Origin: Gammaproteobacteria bacterium | GTDB taxonomy: Bacteria > Pseudomonadota > Gammaproteobacteria > Eutrophobiales > Eutrophobiaceae | DNA length: 64,000 nucleotides | Direction of reading: 5' to 3' | Assembly: GCA_041689615.1 (NCBI GenBank) | Contig: JBDNFW010000039.1 | Coordinates: 32,465-96,464, forward strand | Notes under the pieces: generated by a model | The model's input: only the letters and a program-made list of their open reading frames with translations | Told to the model about the DNA's origin: nothing | The model's database searches: none | Position numbers and translations under genes: made by a program | Shown: positions 1 through 12,454 of the stretch, in pieces | Layout: each line of letters begins with the position of its first letter | Numbering within the stretch: the stretch's first letter is position 1

Positions 1-384
1 TTCTTCCATACTGCCTTCGGCCGAAGTTAATACTATCTCTGCACCAAAAGCTTTCATTACTGCACGACGTTCAACACTCATGCTTTCCGGCATAATTAAT
101 ATCATTTTATAACCGCGTATTGCTGCCGCCATTGCCAAAGCAATACCGGTATTACCACTGGTTGCTTCAATTAAAGTATCACCGGGTTTTATATCGCCAC
201 GTTCTTCAGCATGTTTGATCATACTTAACGCTGGACGATCTTTTACTGAACCGGCTGGATTATTTCCTTCAAGCTTGGCGAGAATGACATTACTCGTATT
301 ACCCGGTAAGCGTTGTAGTCTTACTAATGGTGTATTACCAACAAATGATTCCAGTGTCGGAAAGTCAGGTAAAGTATTACTCAT
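1..384 (-). CDS. cysM: Cysteine synthase (O-acetylserine sulfhydrylase), N-terminal part; C-terminus lies beyond the window start
   Basis: Reverse translation gives MSNTLPDFP...GNTPLVRLQRLP...KLEGNNPAGSVKDRPALSMI...LIEATSGNTGIALAMAAAIRGYK, the PLP-fold CysM/CysK signature. ATG at 382-384. Confidence 0.75.
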   Translation of the reverse strand, partial: MSNTLPDFPTLESFVGNTPLVRLQRLPGNTSNVILAKLEGNNPAGSVKDRPALSMIKHAEERGDIKPGDTLIEATSGNTGIALAMAAAIRGYKMILIMPESMSVERRAVMKAFGAEIVLTSAEGSMEE

Positions 385-865
385 TAAAGTCTTCTTCTCT
401 TAATGTTGTTTTCGCAAAGATCAACGCATCTTCACGCCCCATCTTTGCCGGATAATAATTACGTCGTGAACCTATCTCATCAAAACCTATATCAAGATAA
501 AGTTTGATAGCAGAAAAGTTAGTAGGTCTTACTTCAAGAAAGGTCATGTTGACATCTCGATCCAGTGCTAACTCTAACAAATGCGTTAATAACATTCGTC
601 CCAAGCCTATTCCTTGAAATTCAGGATGAACAGATAAATTTAAAATATGCGATTCACCTGCAGCTACTGTCATCACACCGTGTCCAACGATGATTCCTTC
701 GCGCTCAATTACCCAACAACAATAACCGACATGCAAACAATCCGAAAAAATCGTTTTACTCCAGGGAAAGTCATAAGCACTATTTTCATTATCCAAAACA
801 AGCTCAAGGTCTTCTTCCCTCATTGGTCTGATATGCACATCGTCTAGTTTGATTACTGCACTCAT
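377..865 (-). CDS. rimI: Ribosomal-protein-alanine N-acetyltransferase (GNAT)
   Basis: 162 aa GNAT with IVGHGV...QGIGLGRMLL acetyl-CoA motif. 4-bp overlap with the upstream UDG gene. Confidence 0.8.
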   Translation of the reverse strand: MSAVIKLDDVHIRPMREEDLELVLDNENSAYDFPWSKTIFSDCLHVGYCCWVIEREGIIVGHGVMTVAAGESHILNLSVHPEFQGIGLGRMLLTHLLELALDRDVNMTFLEVRPTNFSAIKLYLDIGFDEIGSRRNYYPAKMGREDALIFAKTTLREEDFNE

Positions 866-1560
866 AATTCTCTATATATCTTCATGGCAATTTTTAAATC
901 TTCCCACACTTTACGTTTCTCTCTTGGCGAACGTAAAAGATAGGCAGGATGATAAGTCACAATCACAGGTAATTCACTATCAGGATATTGATATTGATTA
1001 CCGCGCATTTTTCCTATTGGTGTATCGACCTTTAAAAGATTTTGTGCCGCGATACGTCCAACAGCTAAAATAATTTTTGGTTTAATTAAACTAATTTGTT
1101 GTCTTAGATATGATTCACAAGCAACAACTTCTTCGGGTTCTGGATCGCGGTTATTAGGTGGTCGACATTTTAATATATTCGCAATGAACACTTTTTCTCT
1201 TTGCAAACCCATCGCCAGCAACATTGAATTTAATAATTGTCCGGCGCGACCAACAAACGGTTCGCCTTGTTTATCTTCATCTGCACCCGGTGCTTCACCA
1301 ATGATTAACCAATCTGCATCTGCATTACCGACACCAAATACCGTTTGTGTTCTTGTTTTATGTAATTCACATTTTTGACAAACAGAAACTTCTTGTTTTA
1401 ATGCAGTGAGTGCTTCAGGAAAAGCTTGAGCCGGTTTGTTAACCGGCTCAGCAATCTTCGTTACACTATTTTCTTCAACAACATTCGAGACTTCTGTATC
1501 ACGATCGATCCAGACATCAATGCCCATCTCCTTTAGATATTGTTGCTGGTACGATTGCAT
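862..1560 (-). CDS. Uracil-DNA glycosylase family 4 protein with ~60-aa N-terminal extension
   Basis: [23 protein letters not shown] motif of family-4 UDG (SPO1 DNA polymerase-related domain). HPAYLLR near C-terminus. Confidence 0.8.
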   Translation of the reverse strand: MQSYQQQYLKEMGIDVWIDRDTEVSNVVEENSVTKIAEPVNKPAQAFPEALTALKQEVSVCQKCELHKTRTQTVFGVGNADADWLIIGEAPGADEDKQGEPFVGRAGQLLNSMLLAMGLQREKVFIANILKCRPPNNRDPEPEEVVACESYLRQQISLIKPKIILAVGRIAAQNLLKVDTPIGKMRGNQYQYPDSELPVIVTYHPAYLLRSPREKRKVWEDLKIAMKIYREL

Positions 1561-1570
1561 ACGTTAGCGT

Positions 1571-3106
1571 CTATAGTTGTGGATGTGCTCTTTCAGCAGG
1601 TTCCAAAAGTTTATTCAATGCATTGATATAAGCCTTGGCAGAAGCAACAACGATGTCGGTATCTGAACCCAAACCATTGACTATCCTGCCGCCCTTATCC
1701 ATACGCACTGTCACTTCACCTTGAGAGTCCGTGCCATCAGTGATGTTGTTGACCGAATACAATTGTAAGTTACAACCGCTACCGATCATACTTTCGATCG
1801 CCTTGAATGTTGCATCAACCGGCCCACCACCTTCAGCGTTTGCACGTTTTTCTTCACCATCAATAGATAATGTTATTTCTGCTTTCGGTGTTTCACCTGT
1901 TTCAATAGTTGCCTTGAGTGAGATAAATTTTATCTTCTCATCTGCACTATCCTGAATCGCATCACTGACTAAAGCCTGTAAGTCGTCATCAAACACTTCA
2001 TGCTTTTTATCAGCCAATGTTTTAAAACGGGAAAAAGCATCATTCAAGTCTTCTTCTTTTTCAAAGGCAATACCTAACTCTTCCAAACGTGTGCGAAATG
2101 CATTACGACCGGAATGTTTTCCCAAGACCATACGGTTGGCATTCCAACCCACATCTTCAGCGCGCATGATTTCGTAAGTCTCGCGGCTCTTTAATACGCC
2201 ATCCTGATGAATGCCAGATTCATGCGCAAATGCATTTGCGCCAACAATAGCTTTATTTGGTTGCACTGGAAAACCGGTAATAGTTGAAACCAGGCGTGAA
2301 CAATGCACAATTTGTGTTGTATCAAGTTCAGTGTCACAAGTAAAAACATCTCGTCGCGTACGTACTGCCATGACGACTTCTTCAAGCGCGGCATTACCGG
2401 CACGTTCACCTAAACCGTTTATGGTACATTCGACTTGTCTTGCGCCATTCAAAACTGCAGCTAGTGAATTGCCCACAGCTAAACCCAAATCGTTATGACA
2501 ATGTACCGAGAATACTGCCTTGTCAGAGTTGGGAATATTCTCAATTAAATTTTTAATCAACTCACCAAAAAACTGTGGCAAGTTATAACCGACTGTATCA
2601 GGAATATTGATTGTTGTAGCGCCAGCATCAATCGTTGCTTCGATAACTCGACAAAGAAAATCAAACTCTGAACGTCCAGCATCTTCAGGTGAAAACTCAA
2701 CGTTGTCGGTATAGTTTCTTGCCCGTTTAACCGCATGCACAGCATGTTCAACTACCTGATCCGGTTCCATACGTAATTTTTCACGCATGTGGATTGGTGA
2801 TGTTGCAAGAAAGGTATGAATACGTGATGACTTGGCCGGCTTTAATGCTTCAGCAGCACGATCGATATCTTTATCCAATGCGCGCGCCAAACCACAAACG
2901 GTACTGTCAGTAATTAATTCGGCAACCGCTTTAACCGATTCAAAATCGCCCTGACTGGCGATAGGAAAACCCGCTTCTATAATGTCGACACGCATTTTCT
3001 CCAAGGCCTTAGCAATACGAAGTTTTTCATCCTTCGTCATCGAGGCGCCGGGACTTTGCTCACCATCACGCAAAGTTGTGTCAAATATGATTAATTTATC
3101 CTGCAT
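1571..3106 (-). CDS. leuA: 2-isopropylmalate synthase
   Basis: 511 aa. [24 protein letters not shown] motifs. C-terminal LeuA dimerisation/regulatory domain. Confidence 0.93.
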   Translation of the reverse strand: MQDKLIIFDTTLRDGEQSPGASMTKDEKLRIAKALEKMRVDIIEAGFPIASQGDFESVKAVAELITDSTVCGLARALDKDIDRAAEALKPAKSSRIHTFLATSPIHMREKLRMEPDQVVEHAVHAVKRARNYTDNVEFSPEDAGRSEFDFLCRVIEATIDAGATTINIPDTVGYNLPQFFGELIKNLIENIPNSDKAVFSVHCHNDLGLAVGNSLAAVLNGARQVECTINGLGERAGNAALEEVVMAVRTRRDVFTCDTELDTTQIVHCSRLVSTITGFPVQPNKAIVGANAFAHESGIHQDGVLKSRETYEIMRAEDVGWNANRMVLGKHSGRNAFRTRLEELGIAFEKEEDLNDAFSRFKTLADKKHEVFDDDLQALVSDAIQDSADEKIKFISLKATIETGETPKAEITLSIDGEEKRANAEGGGPVDATFKAIESMIGSGCNLQLYSVNNITDGTDSQGEVTVRMDKGGRIVNGLGSDTDIVVASAKAYINALNKLLEPAERAHPQL

Positions 3107-3351
3107 TTTTTTCTACTCCGAAACTCGCGCTCAGTCTAAGTTGATAGCCTGAGCAATACAAATAAGAAACTACGTTTTTAAAAAACGCGAAACCAAATAC
3201 TAGTTGTGTAAAACGATTATTAGCCCCTTAGGGCAGGAGAAGTAGCAGGCGAGCAACTACAGACTGGCTTAACTGAGAACCAGTGCAGATAGAATCGATA
3301 GATGTGTTTCTTGAAGCCATGCTCAGGAATATAACGCTTTTTAAAGATAAT

Positions 3352-4098
3352 TCAAGTATTTGGTGGTTCAGTAGTTTTTCTGGCTTCTCTATGTTTGCGT
3401 AAAGTTAGCAACGTCAAAATGGGGCCTGAAACAGTATAGCCAACAGCCAATACAAATAAGACTAGTGGTGGTTTAATCGCAACCAAAACAAAAACCAGAA
3501 CAACAATCAGAACCGCCATGAATGGCACACGACCTTTCAGATCAAATTCTTTGAAACTGTGATAACGAACATTACTGACCATCAAAATGCCAACGATGAC
3601 CGTCACTGGAAGACAGAACACTAAGGAAGTAGTTTCACCAATCAATTCATAGACTTCGCCACACCAGATCATACCAGCCAAAACTGCTGCTGCTGCTGGA
3701 CTCGGTAAACCCTGAAAATATCGTTTATCCTGACTGGTCGCCTGAGTATTAAATCGGGATAATCTCAACGCGGCACAAGCTGTATAAACAAATGCAGCTA
3801 ACCAACCTAATTTCCCCATTCCAAACAAGGCCCATTGGTACATCACTAATGCAGGTGCCAAACCAAAGGAAACCATGTCCGACAAACTATCGTACTGCAT
3901 ACCAAAATCACTTTGCGTATTCGTCATTCGCGCAATACGGCCATCCATTCCATCCAGAACCATAGCAACAAAGATGGCAATAGCAGCCAATTCAAACTTA
4001 TGATTAATTGAGGCGACAATAGAATAAAAACCCGCAAACAACGCTCCGGTTGTAAACAGATTAGGTAGTAAATAAATGCCTCGTCTGCGATCAGACAC
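3352..4098 (-). CDS. pssA: CDP-diacylglycerol--serine O-phosphatidyltransferase (CDP-alcohol phosphatidyltransferase type)
   Basis: 248 aa polytopic protein with the DGMDGRIAR CDP-alcohol phosphatidyltransferase motif. Confidence 0.85.
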   Translation of the reverse strand: MSDRRRGIYLLPNLFTTGALFAGFYSIVASINHKFELAAIAIFVAMVLDGMDGRIARMTNTQSDFGMQYDSLSDMVSFGLAPALVMYQWALFGMGKLGWLAAFVYTACAALRLSRFNTQATSQDKRYFQGLPSPAAAAVLAGMIWCGEVYELIGETTSLVFCLPVTVIVGILMVSNVRYHSFKEFDLKGRVPFMAVLIVVLVFVLVAIKPPLVLFVLAVGYTVSGPILTLLTLRKHREARKTTEPPNT

Positions 4099-4200
4099 GT
4101 TTTAATTCCTTTATGGCTTTATTAGAAACAGTAAACATCCTGTGGAGTTTACCTTTGAAAGAGGATTACTGAAAGAAATGAAACTAAATGTAGTGCGACT

Positions 4201-4863
4201 TTAGTCTTCTTTCTTTTGAATTACGCTGGCTGCTTCGGAATGAATCAAATGCGCTATTACTGAACTACCTGACTTCACATATTGCCCGACTTCGACATTG
4301 ATTTTTGATTCAAGCGGTAAAAACACATCGACAACACCACCAAAATAAATATAACCACATCGTTGCCCTTGTCCTACACGTCCACCGGAATGCATATAGA
4401 CATGGAATTTACGAATAATGTCTCTTAAACGAATAGCAGTAACCATATTGTCACCTTCATCAGACTTTATATAAAAATCAAAATGTCGGCGTGATTCATT
4501 TTTATCCGGAGAAGAATACCATTGCTCCATCACCTTGCCTTCAATCGGAGCACGTAATGAATAAATGTCATAAAGTCGCATTGTGATTTGGACGCGCTTT
4601 GCTCTGGAGTGCAAACGAATTTCTTCAGCTTCTTCAATTAAAGTAACAACACCATGTACTGGGCTGAGTACGGCTAATGGATCTGAAGGAATATTTCGAT
4701 CGGGATCACGAAATAGATAAACGAAAATAGCAAAAATAATAAGTAAAAGTATAAATGCCATTGATCCTAATAAAAATTGCGCAAGCACAGCCAGACCAAG
4801 AAAAATAAACAGGAATGGCCATGCTTCACTAGCAATTAAAGGATACCGATTACTTGGCATCAT
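4201..4863 (-). CDS. psd: Phosphatidylserine decarboxylase, short (archaeal/rhizobial-type) proenzyme
   Basis: 220 aa. N-terminal TM segment. C-terminal KSGSSVIAHL resembling the LGST self-cleavage site. Immediately upstream of pssA. Confidence 0.7.
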   Translation of the reverse strand: MMPSNRYPLIASEAWPFLFIFLGLAVLAQFLLGSMAFILLLIIFAIFVYLFRDPDRNIPSDPLAVLSPVHGVVTLIEEAEEIRLHSRAKRVQITMRLYDIYSLRAPIEGKVMEQWYSSPDKNESRRHFDFYIKSDEGDNMVTAIRLRDIIRKFHVYMHSGGRVGQGQRCGYIYFGGVVDVFLPLESKINVEVGQYVKSGSSVIAHLIHSEAASVIQKKED

Positions 4864-4916
4864 ATTAACTCAGTCAAAATGTAACGAATGTGTTGCTTAA
4901 ACTAAATAACAATTAA

Positions 4917-5972
<1,056 letters not shown>

Positions 5973-5996
5973 TCACCCACTCGTGTTACATGCGGG

Positions 5997-6488
5997 CTAA
6001 GAATGGATAGCTTTATCACCACGAGCAATACCGGAAACACCGGAACGTACAACTTCAAGAATCAAGCTTTCGTCTAATGCTTCAATAAAGGCATCCAGCT
6101 TTTCACCGGTACCGGTCATTTCGATAGTGAAAGAATTCTCGGTAACGTCGATAATGCGGCCACGAAAAACATCTACCATTCGCTTGATTTCAGCACGATC
6201 GGTTTTTTTCGCAGCGACTTTAATCAACATTAATTCACGTTCGATATGACGTGATTCATTCAAATCAACAACTTTAACTACATCAACTAATTTATTCACC
6301 TGCTTCATTATCTGCTCAATAATCGCATCTGAACCACTGGTAACCAGTGTCATTCTTGAAACTTTAGGATCTTCAGTCGGTGCAACAGTTAACGATTCAA
6401 TATTAAATGCGCGCGCAGAAAACAAACCGGCAACTCGTGACAAAGCACCTGCTTCGTTTTCCATAAGCAATGAAAGTATGTGACGCAT
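5997..6488 (-). CDS. ilvH: Acetolactate synthase small (regulatory) subunit
   Basis: 163 aa ACT-domain protein, MRHILSLLMENEAGALSRVAGLFSARAFNIESLTV. Confidence 0.92.
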   Translation of the reverse strand: MRHILSLLMENEAGALSRVAGLFSARAFNIESLTVAPTEDPKVSRMTLVTSGSDAIIEQIMKQVNKLVDVVKVVDLNESRHIERELMLIKVAAKKTDRAEIKRMVDVFRGRIIDVTENSFTIEMTGTGEKLDAFIEALDESLILEVVRSGVSGIARGDKAIHS

Positions 6489-6489
6489 G

Positions 6490-8226
6490 TTAAGCTAGCT
6501 CTCTGTCTTTATCTGTTGATAAATGCATTTCATGATGCCCTTTTCCAGAAGCAATCATAGGATATACATTTTCAGTTTGGTCAGTAACGAAATCCATTAA
6601 CACTGTACGATCTTTTAGCGCCAATGCTTCTTTTATTGCGCCTTCTACGTCACTGGTTTTTTCGATACACATACCAACATGACCATAGCTTTCTGCCATT
6701 TTGACAAAGTCAGGCAAGGCTTCCATATATGAATGCGAATAACGACTGGAATAAAAAAATTCCTGCCATTGACGAACCATACCCATATAACGATTATTCA
6801 AACTCAATATTTTTATGCCGGTGTTGTACTGCAAACAAGTAGATAATTCCTGAATACACATCACCAGACTAGCTTCACCAGAGATACAGGCAACGGTCTC
6901 ATCCGGAAATGCCATTTTAACGCCCATCGCAGCAGGCACACCAAAGCCCATAGTTCCCAGACCGCCTGAGTTAATCCAACGACGTGGTTTATCAAATTTA
7001 TAAAATTGAGCAGCCCACATTTGATGTTGTCCTACGTCAGAAGTGACATAAGCATCACCTTTGGTCAGCTCATATAACTTTTCGACAACATACTGCGGTT
7101 TGATGACGTCAGTCGTTCGATCAAACTTCAAACAATCAATAGCACGCCATTCATTAACTTGCTTCCACCATGCTTTGAGTGCTTTCGCATCTGGCTTCTT
7201 GGCATTATCACTTTTTAAGATCGTTAATAAATCTTTCAATACATGCTTAACATCACCAACGATAGGAATATCAACCGGAACGTTCTTGGCTATGGATGAA
7301 GGATCTACATCAATCTGAATAATCTTTGCGTAAGGACAAAACTTCTCCAAATCGCCAGTAACACGATCATCAAAACGAGCACCAATAGCAATCAATACAT
7401 CACAGTGATGCATACCCATATTTGCTTCATAAGTGCCGTGCATACCTAACATACCGACAAATTGTTTGTCGGTAGCAGGATAAGCACCGAGTCCCATCAA
7501 AGTATTGGTGATGGGATAACCCAATAATTTAGTAAATTGCGTTAATTCTTTACTGGCTTCACCCAAAACAACGCCACCACCGGAATAAATCATCGGTTTT
7601 TTAGCCGACAGAATTAAATCTGCCGCTCTTTTAATCTGTCCAGGATGTCCTTTAACGACAGGCTTGTAAGAAGGCATATCTATAAAAGTTGGGTATTCAT
7701 ATTCACATGAATCCGCCGTGACATCCTTAGGTATATCGACAACAACCGGTCCAGGTCGACCACTAGTGGCAATATAGAACGCCTTTTTCATAGTTACAGC
7801 CAGATCTTTAACATCCTTAACCAGGAAATTATGTTTGACGCAGGGACGCGTAATACCAATCGAATCAACTTCCTGAAAGGCATCATTACCAATCATATGA
7901 GTTGGAACCTGGCCGGTAAAAACCACTAACGGGATTGAGTCCATATAAGCGGTAGCTATACCGGTTACGGCATTAGTCGCGCCTGGACCTGAGGTAACTA
8001 ATACGACTCCCGGTTTGCCCGTAGCACGCGCATAACCATCGGCAGCATGAGTTGCCCCTTGTTCATGGCGCACAAGAATGTGCTCTACAGCATCTTGCTT
8101 ATAGAGTTCATCATAAATATGCAAAACAGCGCCGCCGGGGTAACCAAACAGATGTTTGATCCCTTCATCTTTCAATGCGCGGCAGAAAATTTCTGCGCCT
8201 CGTAATATTTCTTTCTTTTTAGCCAC
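6490..8226 (-). CDS. ilvI: Acetolactate synthase large subunit (ThDP-dependent)
   Basis: 578 aa. GYPGGAVL, GPGATN, ThDP-binding GDG...N motif region. Confidence 0.93.
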   Translation of the reverse strand: MAKKKEILRGAEIFCRALKDEGIKHLFGYPGGAVLHIYDELYKQDAVEHILVRHEQGATHAADGYARATGKPGVVLVTSGPGATNAVTGIATAYMDSIPLVVFTGQVPTHMIGNDAFQEVDSIGITRPCVKHNFLVKDVKDLAVTMKKAFYIATSGRPGPVVVDIPKDVTADSCEYEYPTFIDMPSYKPVVKGHPGQIKRAADLILSAKKPMIYSGGGVVLGEASKELTQFTKLLGYPITNTLMGLGAYPATDKQFVGMLGMHGTYEANMGMHHCDVLIAIGARFDDRVTGDLEKFCPYAKIIQIDVDPSSIAKNVPVDIPIVGDVKHVLKDLLTILKSDNAKKPDAKALKAWWKQVNEWRAIDCLKFDRTTDVIKPQYVVEKLYELTKGDAYVTSDVGQHQMWAAQFYKFDKPRRWINSGGLGTMGFGVPAAMGVKMAFPDETVACISGEASLVMCIQELSTCLQYNTGIKILSLNNRYMGMVRQWQEFFYSSRYSHSYMEALPDFVKMAESYGHVGMCIEKTSDVEGAIKEALALKDRTVLMDFVTDQTENVYPMIASGKGHHEMHLSTDKDRELA

Positions 8227-8468
8227 TACTTTCCTTACCAGATTTGTATAAAATGCGTCGAAACGCGCGAAGTTACTGAGATTCTTGAGTCAGGTCAAGC
8301 AATGTCTGCGATATTACCAAGATTAGCCAAAATAAATGCGATAAGCTCAAAATTTTCACTCTGCTAACGAAACAATTCACGATCTACTCTGTAGATTAAT
8401 TCCGTTTATAGTACTGCGCCTGTTAAGATTCACTATAAATTAATCTCAAGTTTTAATTAAACCTGCAT

Positions 8469-10187
8469 ATGAAAACATCACAAATACTCATCTCGACTTT
8501 ACGAGAAGCGCCGGCTGATGCCGAGATAGCCAGCCATCAACTGATGTTACGTGCGGGTATGGTACGACAATTAGCTTCCGGCATTTATACCTGGTTGCCG
8601 TTAGGACTCCGCGTCCTGCGGAAGGTAGAGGCGATTGTTAGAGAAGAAATGGATCGCGCCGGCGCACAGGAAATCATGATGCCGGCGATTCAGCCAGCCG
8701 AACTTTGGCAGGAGTCCGGGCGTTGGGAGCATTATGGTCCTGAGTTACTAAGAATCAATGACCGCCACAATCGTGAATTTTGTTTTGGCCCAACACACGA
8801 AGAAATAATTACTGATCTGGTAAGACGTGAAATACGCAGTTACAAACAACTACCGGTTAATTTTTACCAGATTCAAACTAAATTCAGAGACGAAGTACGC
8901 CCACGTTTTGGCATCATGCGTGCGCGTGAGTTTTTAATGAAAGACGCTTATTCCTTTCATCTTAACGACGAGTCATTACGAGAAACGTATGACCAGATGT
9001 ACCAAACCTATTCAAATATATTTACCCGTGTCGGTTTGAATTTCCGCGCCGTAATTGCGGATTCAGGCAATATCGGTGGCAATAAGTCACATGAATTTCA
9101 TGTCTTGGCTGATTCGGGTGAAGATCTCATCGTCTTTTCTGACAAGGGCGACTATGCCGCGAATATGGAACAGGCTGTCGCCGTAAAACCGAAGGAGCCT
9201 CGTCCTGAAGCTACAAAGACAATGGAAACGGTAGCGACACCTGATCAACATAGTATTGAAGAAGTCAGTCAATTTTTAAATGTCGGCACCGATCAATGCT
9301 TAAAAACACTGATTGTTAAATCTGAAGAAGACGGATTAGTTGCCTTAGTTTTGAGAGGCGACCACGAGTTAAATGAGATTAAGGCGGAAAAACTCGATGG
9401 TGTTATGAGCCCACTAACCTTTGCTGATAATAAAGACATTGAATCAGCACTCGGTTGTGGTGTTGGCTCTATCGGGCCTCTAAACATTTCCAAGAATCTT
9501 TCTATTCCAGTTTATGTTGATCATAGTGCAGGCAATGTTAGTGATTTTGTTTGTGGCACCAATAGCGATGGTAAACATTTAACCGGTGTTAATTGGGAGC
9601 GTGATTTACCACTGCCAACAACAGTCGATATTCGTAATGTCTGTGCTGGTGATATGGCAGAAGATGGTTCAGGAAAACTGGTATTCGCCAGAGGCATTGA
9701 AGTTGGCCATATTTTTCAACTCGGAACAAAATACAGCACCAGCATGAAAGCAACTTGTTTAGATGAACAAGGAAAAGCAACAACGCTAACCATGGGCTGT
9801 TACGGCATTGGCGTCTCACGTATCATCGCCGCTGCCATCGAACAAAATAATGATGACAAAGGTATTATCTGGCCAGCAGCAATCGCGCCTTTCCAACTAG
9901 CCTTAGTTCCTATCAACATGCATAAGTCGGTTCGTTTACGCGAAGCGGTGACGAAGTTTTATGAAGAACTACAAGAAGCCAGTATTGAAGTCATTCTCGA
10001 TGATAGACGTGAACGTCCTGGTGTTATGTTTGCTGATATGGAATTGATAGGTATTCCACATCGTTTTGTCTTCAGCGAGAAAGGTCTTGATTCAGGTGAG
10101 ATAGAATATAAAGCTCGAACTGATACCGATAATCAGAATATCTCTCTGGAAACCGCGATTGAATTTATAAAAGAAAGATTAGTGTAA
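8469..10187 (+). CDS. proS: Prolyl-tRNA synthetase (bacterial type with INS editing domain)
   Basis: 572 aa. Class II aaRS motifs (FRDE, GIGVSR). Start [15 protein letters not shown] typical of ProS. Confidence 0.95.
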   Translation: MKTSQILISTLREAPADAEIASHQLMLRAGMVRQLASGIYTWLPLGLRVLRKVEAIVREEMDRAGAQEIMMPAIQPAELWQESGRWEHYGPELLRINDRHNREFCFGPTHEEIITDLVRREIRSYKQLPVNFYQIQTKFRDEVRPRFGIMRAREFLMKDAYSFHLNDESLRETYDQMYQTYSNIFTRVGLNFRAVIADSGNIGGNKSHEFHVLADSGEDLIVFSDKGDYAANMEQAVAVKPKEPRPEATKTMETVATPDQHSIEEVSQFLNVGTDQCLKTLIVKSEEDGLVALVLRGDHELNEIKAEKLDGVMSPLTFADNKDIESALGCGVGSIGPLNISKNLSIPVYVDHSAGNVSDFVCGTNSDGKHLTGVNWERDLPLPTTVDIRNVCAGDMAEDGSGKLVFARGIEVGHIFQLGTKYSTSMKATCLDEQGKATTLTMGCYGIGVSRIIAAAIEQNNDDKGIIWPAAIAPFQLALVPINMHKSVRLREAVTKFYEELQEASIEVILDDRRERPGVMFADMELIGIPHRFVFSEKGLDSGEIEYKARTDTDNQNISLETAIEFIKERLV

Positions 10188-10233
10188 TTTTAATGAGCTA
10201 AATTGCAACAGTGAGTCGTTTCTAATTCAAGAT

Positions 10234-10512
10234 TCAACGAATCGAGAAATCAGGAAACTCCTGATAATCGACAGCCACACTCTCGACATTAAGCACTTTT
10301 GCCATTTTTGGCCCATGTGACAACCACTGTTGAAGTTCTTCTATTAATGGCACTTCACCAGAGGCCATTACCTCGACTCGACCATCGTCCAGATTTCTTA
10401 CCCAACCGGTTAAACCCAGTAATTTGGCCTGTTGACTGGTCGACATGCGAAAACAAACGCCTTGGACTTTACCGCCAACATAACAGTTAATTGTTTTTTT
10501 CATAATAATCAA
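10234..10512 (-). CDS. acyP: Acylphosphatase
   Basis: 92 aa. VQGVCFR and GWVRNLDDGRVEV motifs. Confidence 0.85.
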   Translation of the reverse strand: MIIMKKTINCYVGGKVQGVCFRMSTSQQAKLLGLTGWVRNLDDGRVEVMASGEVPLIEELQQWLSHGPKMAKVLNVESVAVDYQEFPDFSIR

Positions 10513-10715
10513 TAGTTTAAAAACATTTGCCAGTGTCTCCTTATTGAGACATAATCCTTCTCACGTATCGCTATTTAGTAAACTCAGGATGACAAAAATA
10601 GCCGTATTATTTCAATATATCACCTATCTTATTGATATATATCTTGTTATTCAAGGTTAGGGGGGAACTCATTCAAATAATTCAACCTTCCCTAAACCTT
10701 CATTATTGAAAGCGA

Positions 10716-10733
10716 TGTGATGAGTTCATCACA
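10716..10733. promoter_or_regulatory. Perfect 18-bp palindrome TGTGATGAGTTCATCACA (8-bp arms), candidate CRP/FNR-family-like operator ~118 bp upstream of the 533-aa ORF
   Basis: Read directly. Arms TGTGATGA/TCATCACA are exact reverse complements with a GT spacer. Confidence 0.35.
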
Positions 10734-10850
10734 GTATTTCTGAAATATGAATATCATTTTGGAACGGATATTGCCGATAGATATAAAGAAACAAAGCGGC
10801 ATTTTGGCAAAACAATAAATACAGACTATAAATAATAAAGAAGAAATATT

Positions 10851-12452
10851 ATGGATCAATTACCACTAAAAAAATCCTCTCAAGGAAACGAAATAGAAAC
10901 GCGTCCACTCTACATTGAAGAATGGCTCGATTCGCTGCCTTATATCGATTTCAAGAAAACCAGTTCATTACTGAATGAAGCATTGATTGCGACTAATAAA
11001 GCAGATATCAAACCATCAACCCGACTTGAATTAATCGAACTTTATAACCGCCCTTATCAATATTATATCGCTTCACAAATTAACGCCGGTGCACAACATA
11101 CTTTACAAACGATTGATGCGATGGGAAGTCAGGTCAGTCAAATGAAGCAAATCGCGGTTTCGCTTAGCTACAATTGTAAACTCGCATTTGATTCGTCACT
11201 CAAAAAGAAGACCCTCTGGAAACAATCCAAGCCACCTGTTGAAGCCATGCTGATGTCGATGAACTACTTGTCGCACGCTTTGATATTTAGTTTTCTGGAA
11301 TACGCTCCAATCCCGAAAAATGTTTGGCAGCAACTTAACTTCATTTACGATTTTGCTGAATCAATCGAGTGTCATAAAAAAATCTATTCTATTCCTGGCG
11401 CGAACAATAAAGAAATTAGTACCACCATCGATCACACTTATAAAAAGATCATGATGGCTTCTTTGGTTGATCCACATCATTTACCCTTTGGAGCAATATG
11501 GGAAATTTATGAACAACTTGATAACTGGGCAGAATACACTCAGATACACCCCATGCAGTCAGTTTCAAATCCATCAGGCTATTTCATTTTTGATCTTAAT
11601 ACCGATAACAAGGCTATCGCCTATGCAAAGTTTAATCAGGAAAACATTAATAACAAAACGCGCTTGCTAGATTCAACGCCGCTTGAAAACCTAATACAAA
11701 AACAAATTGATTTAATTCAAATGGGACAACCCATAGATAAATCTATCGTGCTATCTCCATTCTATGCAAAATCGTTATTAACTCACATGTTGAAAGCATG
11801 GGGACTGCCTCCCAAGCGTTACTTTCCCAGGAAAGCAAAAACTGGCAAGTTAAAAATTGTTTCCGGCATCAGAGCAATTTATTATTTTCTAAATGATGGC
11901 AATACTTTTCAAAGTGTTACTACTATAGAAAATGAAAGTGACGAGATTGATATTACAGAAAATATATCAGAGGATTCGAACGTCTCTCTTTCTGGAAAAC
12001 ATTATGTTGCAGAAGACTGGCGAATTGTTGATCAGGGTTCGGGTGGTTACGCTGTTATTAGAGATGATAAGCCCAAAAAGACAATGCGTGTTGGTGATCT
12101 TGTCGGCATCAATATTGGTGAAGATGATAACAAGTGGAGTATTGGTGTTACTCGATGGTTAATGGTTAGCAAAGCTGTACATAAAGTTGGCTTGCAAATC
12201 ATTGCTGATACTGCCAAACCTCTTTCACTACGCGCATGCGAAGGCAGCAAAGCGGACAGAGAGTACAGGCCTGCTTTTCTAGTAAGCCATAATAATAATC
12301 CAAATGAATTGTCTATTATTGCAGAGAAAGGGCTTTATATTGCTGACAGAGAAATGGAAATAAAAATCGGTGATAAAACAGAATCAATCACAGCAAAAAC
12401 ATTGATTGAATCGAGCATGACTTATGAAGTGTTTAGTTATAAGACCAGATAG
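10851..12452 (+). CDS. Hypothetical 533-aa protein with a possible degenerate PilZ-like C-terminal beta-barrel
   Basis: No recognised N-terminal domain. C-terminal WRIVDQGSGGYAVI loosely resembles PilZ motif II, but no clear RxxxR is seen. Confidence 0.4.
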   Translation: MDQLPLKKSSQGNEIETRPLYIEEWLDSLPYIDFKKTSSLLNEALIATNKADIKPSTRLELIELYNRPYQYYIASQINAGAQHTLQTIDAMGSQVSQMKQIAVSLSYNCKLAFDSSLKKKTLWKQSKPPVEAMLMSMNYLSHALIFSFLEYAPIPKNVWQQLNFIYDFAESIECHKKIYSIPGANNKEISTTIDHTYKKIMMASLVDPHHLPFGAIWEIYEQLDNWAEYTQIHPMQSVSNPSGYFIFDLNTDNKAIAYAKFNQENINNKTRLLDSTPLENLIQKQIDLIQMGQPIDKSIVLSPFYAKSLLTHMLKAWGLPPKRYFPRKAKTGKLKIVSGIRAIYYFLNDGNTFQSVTTIENESDEIDITENISEDSNVSLSGKHYVAEDWRIVDQGSGGYAVIRDDKPKKTMRVGDLVGINIGEDDNKWSIGVTRWLMVSKAVHKVGLQIIADTAKPLSLRACEGSKADREYRPAFLVSHNNNPNELSIIAEKGLYIADREMEIKIGDKTESITAKTLIESSMTYEVFSYKTR

Positions 12453-12454
12453 TG

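Noticed and set aside
647-847. Numerous 60-110 aa ORFs antisense to or nested in confidently assigned genes. Examples: 647-847, 1184-1378, 2211-2498, 7061-7318, 9087-9493, 19663-19884, 27850-28104, 36674-37133, 38275-38607, 39123-39768, 53387-54403, 57490-57792, 59831-60249, 60333-61047, 61442-61771, 62459-63085.
   Set aside because: They overlap strong homolog-bearing CDSs on the other strand or frame, have low-complexity composition, and lack RBSs. These are typical shadow ORFs.
3107-3351. Possible leu leader/attenuator or palindromes (ACGTTTTT/AAAAAACG) between pssA and leuA.
   Set aside because: The palindromes are AT-only and short. No Leu-codon-rich leader peptide could be identified by eye. 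No support.
10241-10275. Hairpin CAGGA-AAC-TCCTG after proS.
   Set aside because: It lies inside the acyP coding region and has a 5-bp stem, so it is not a credible terminator.
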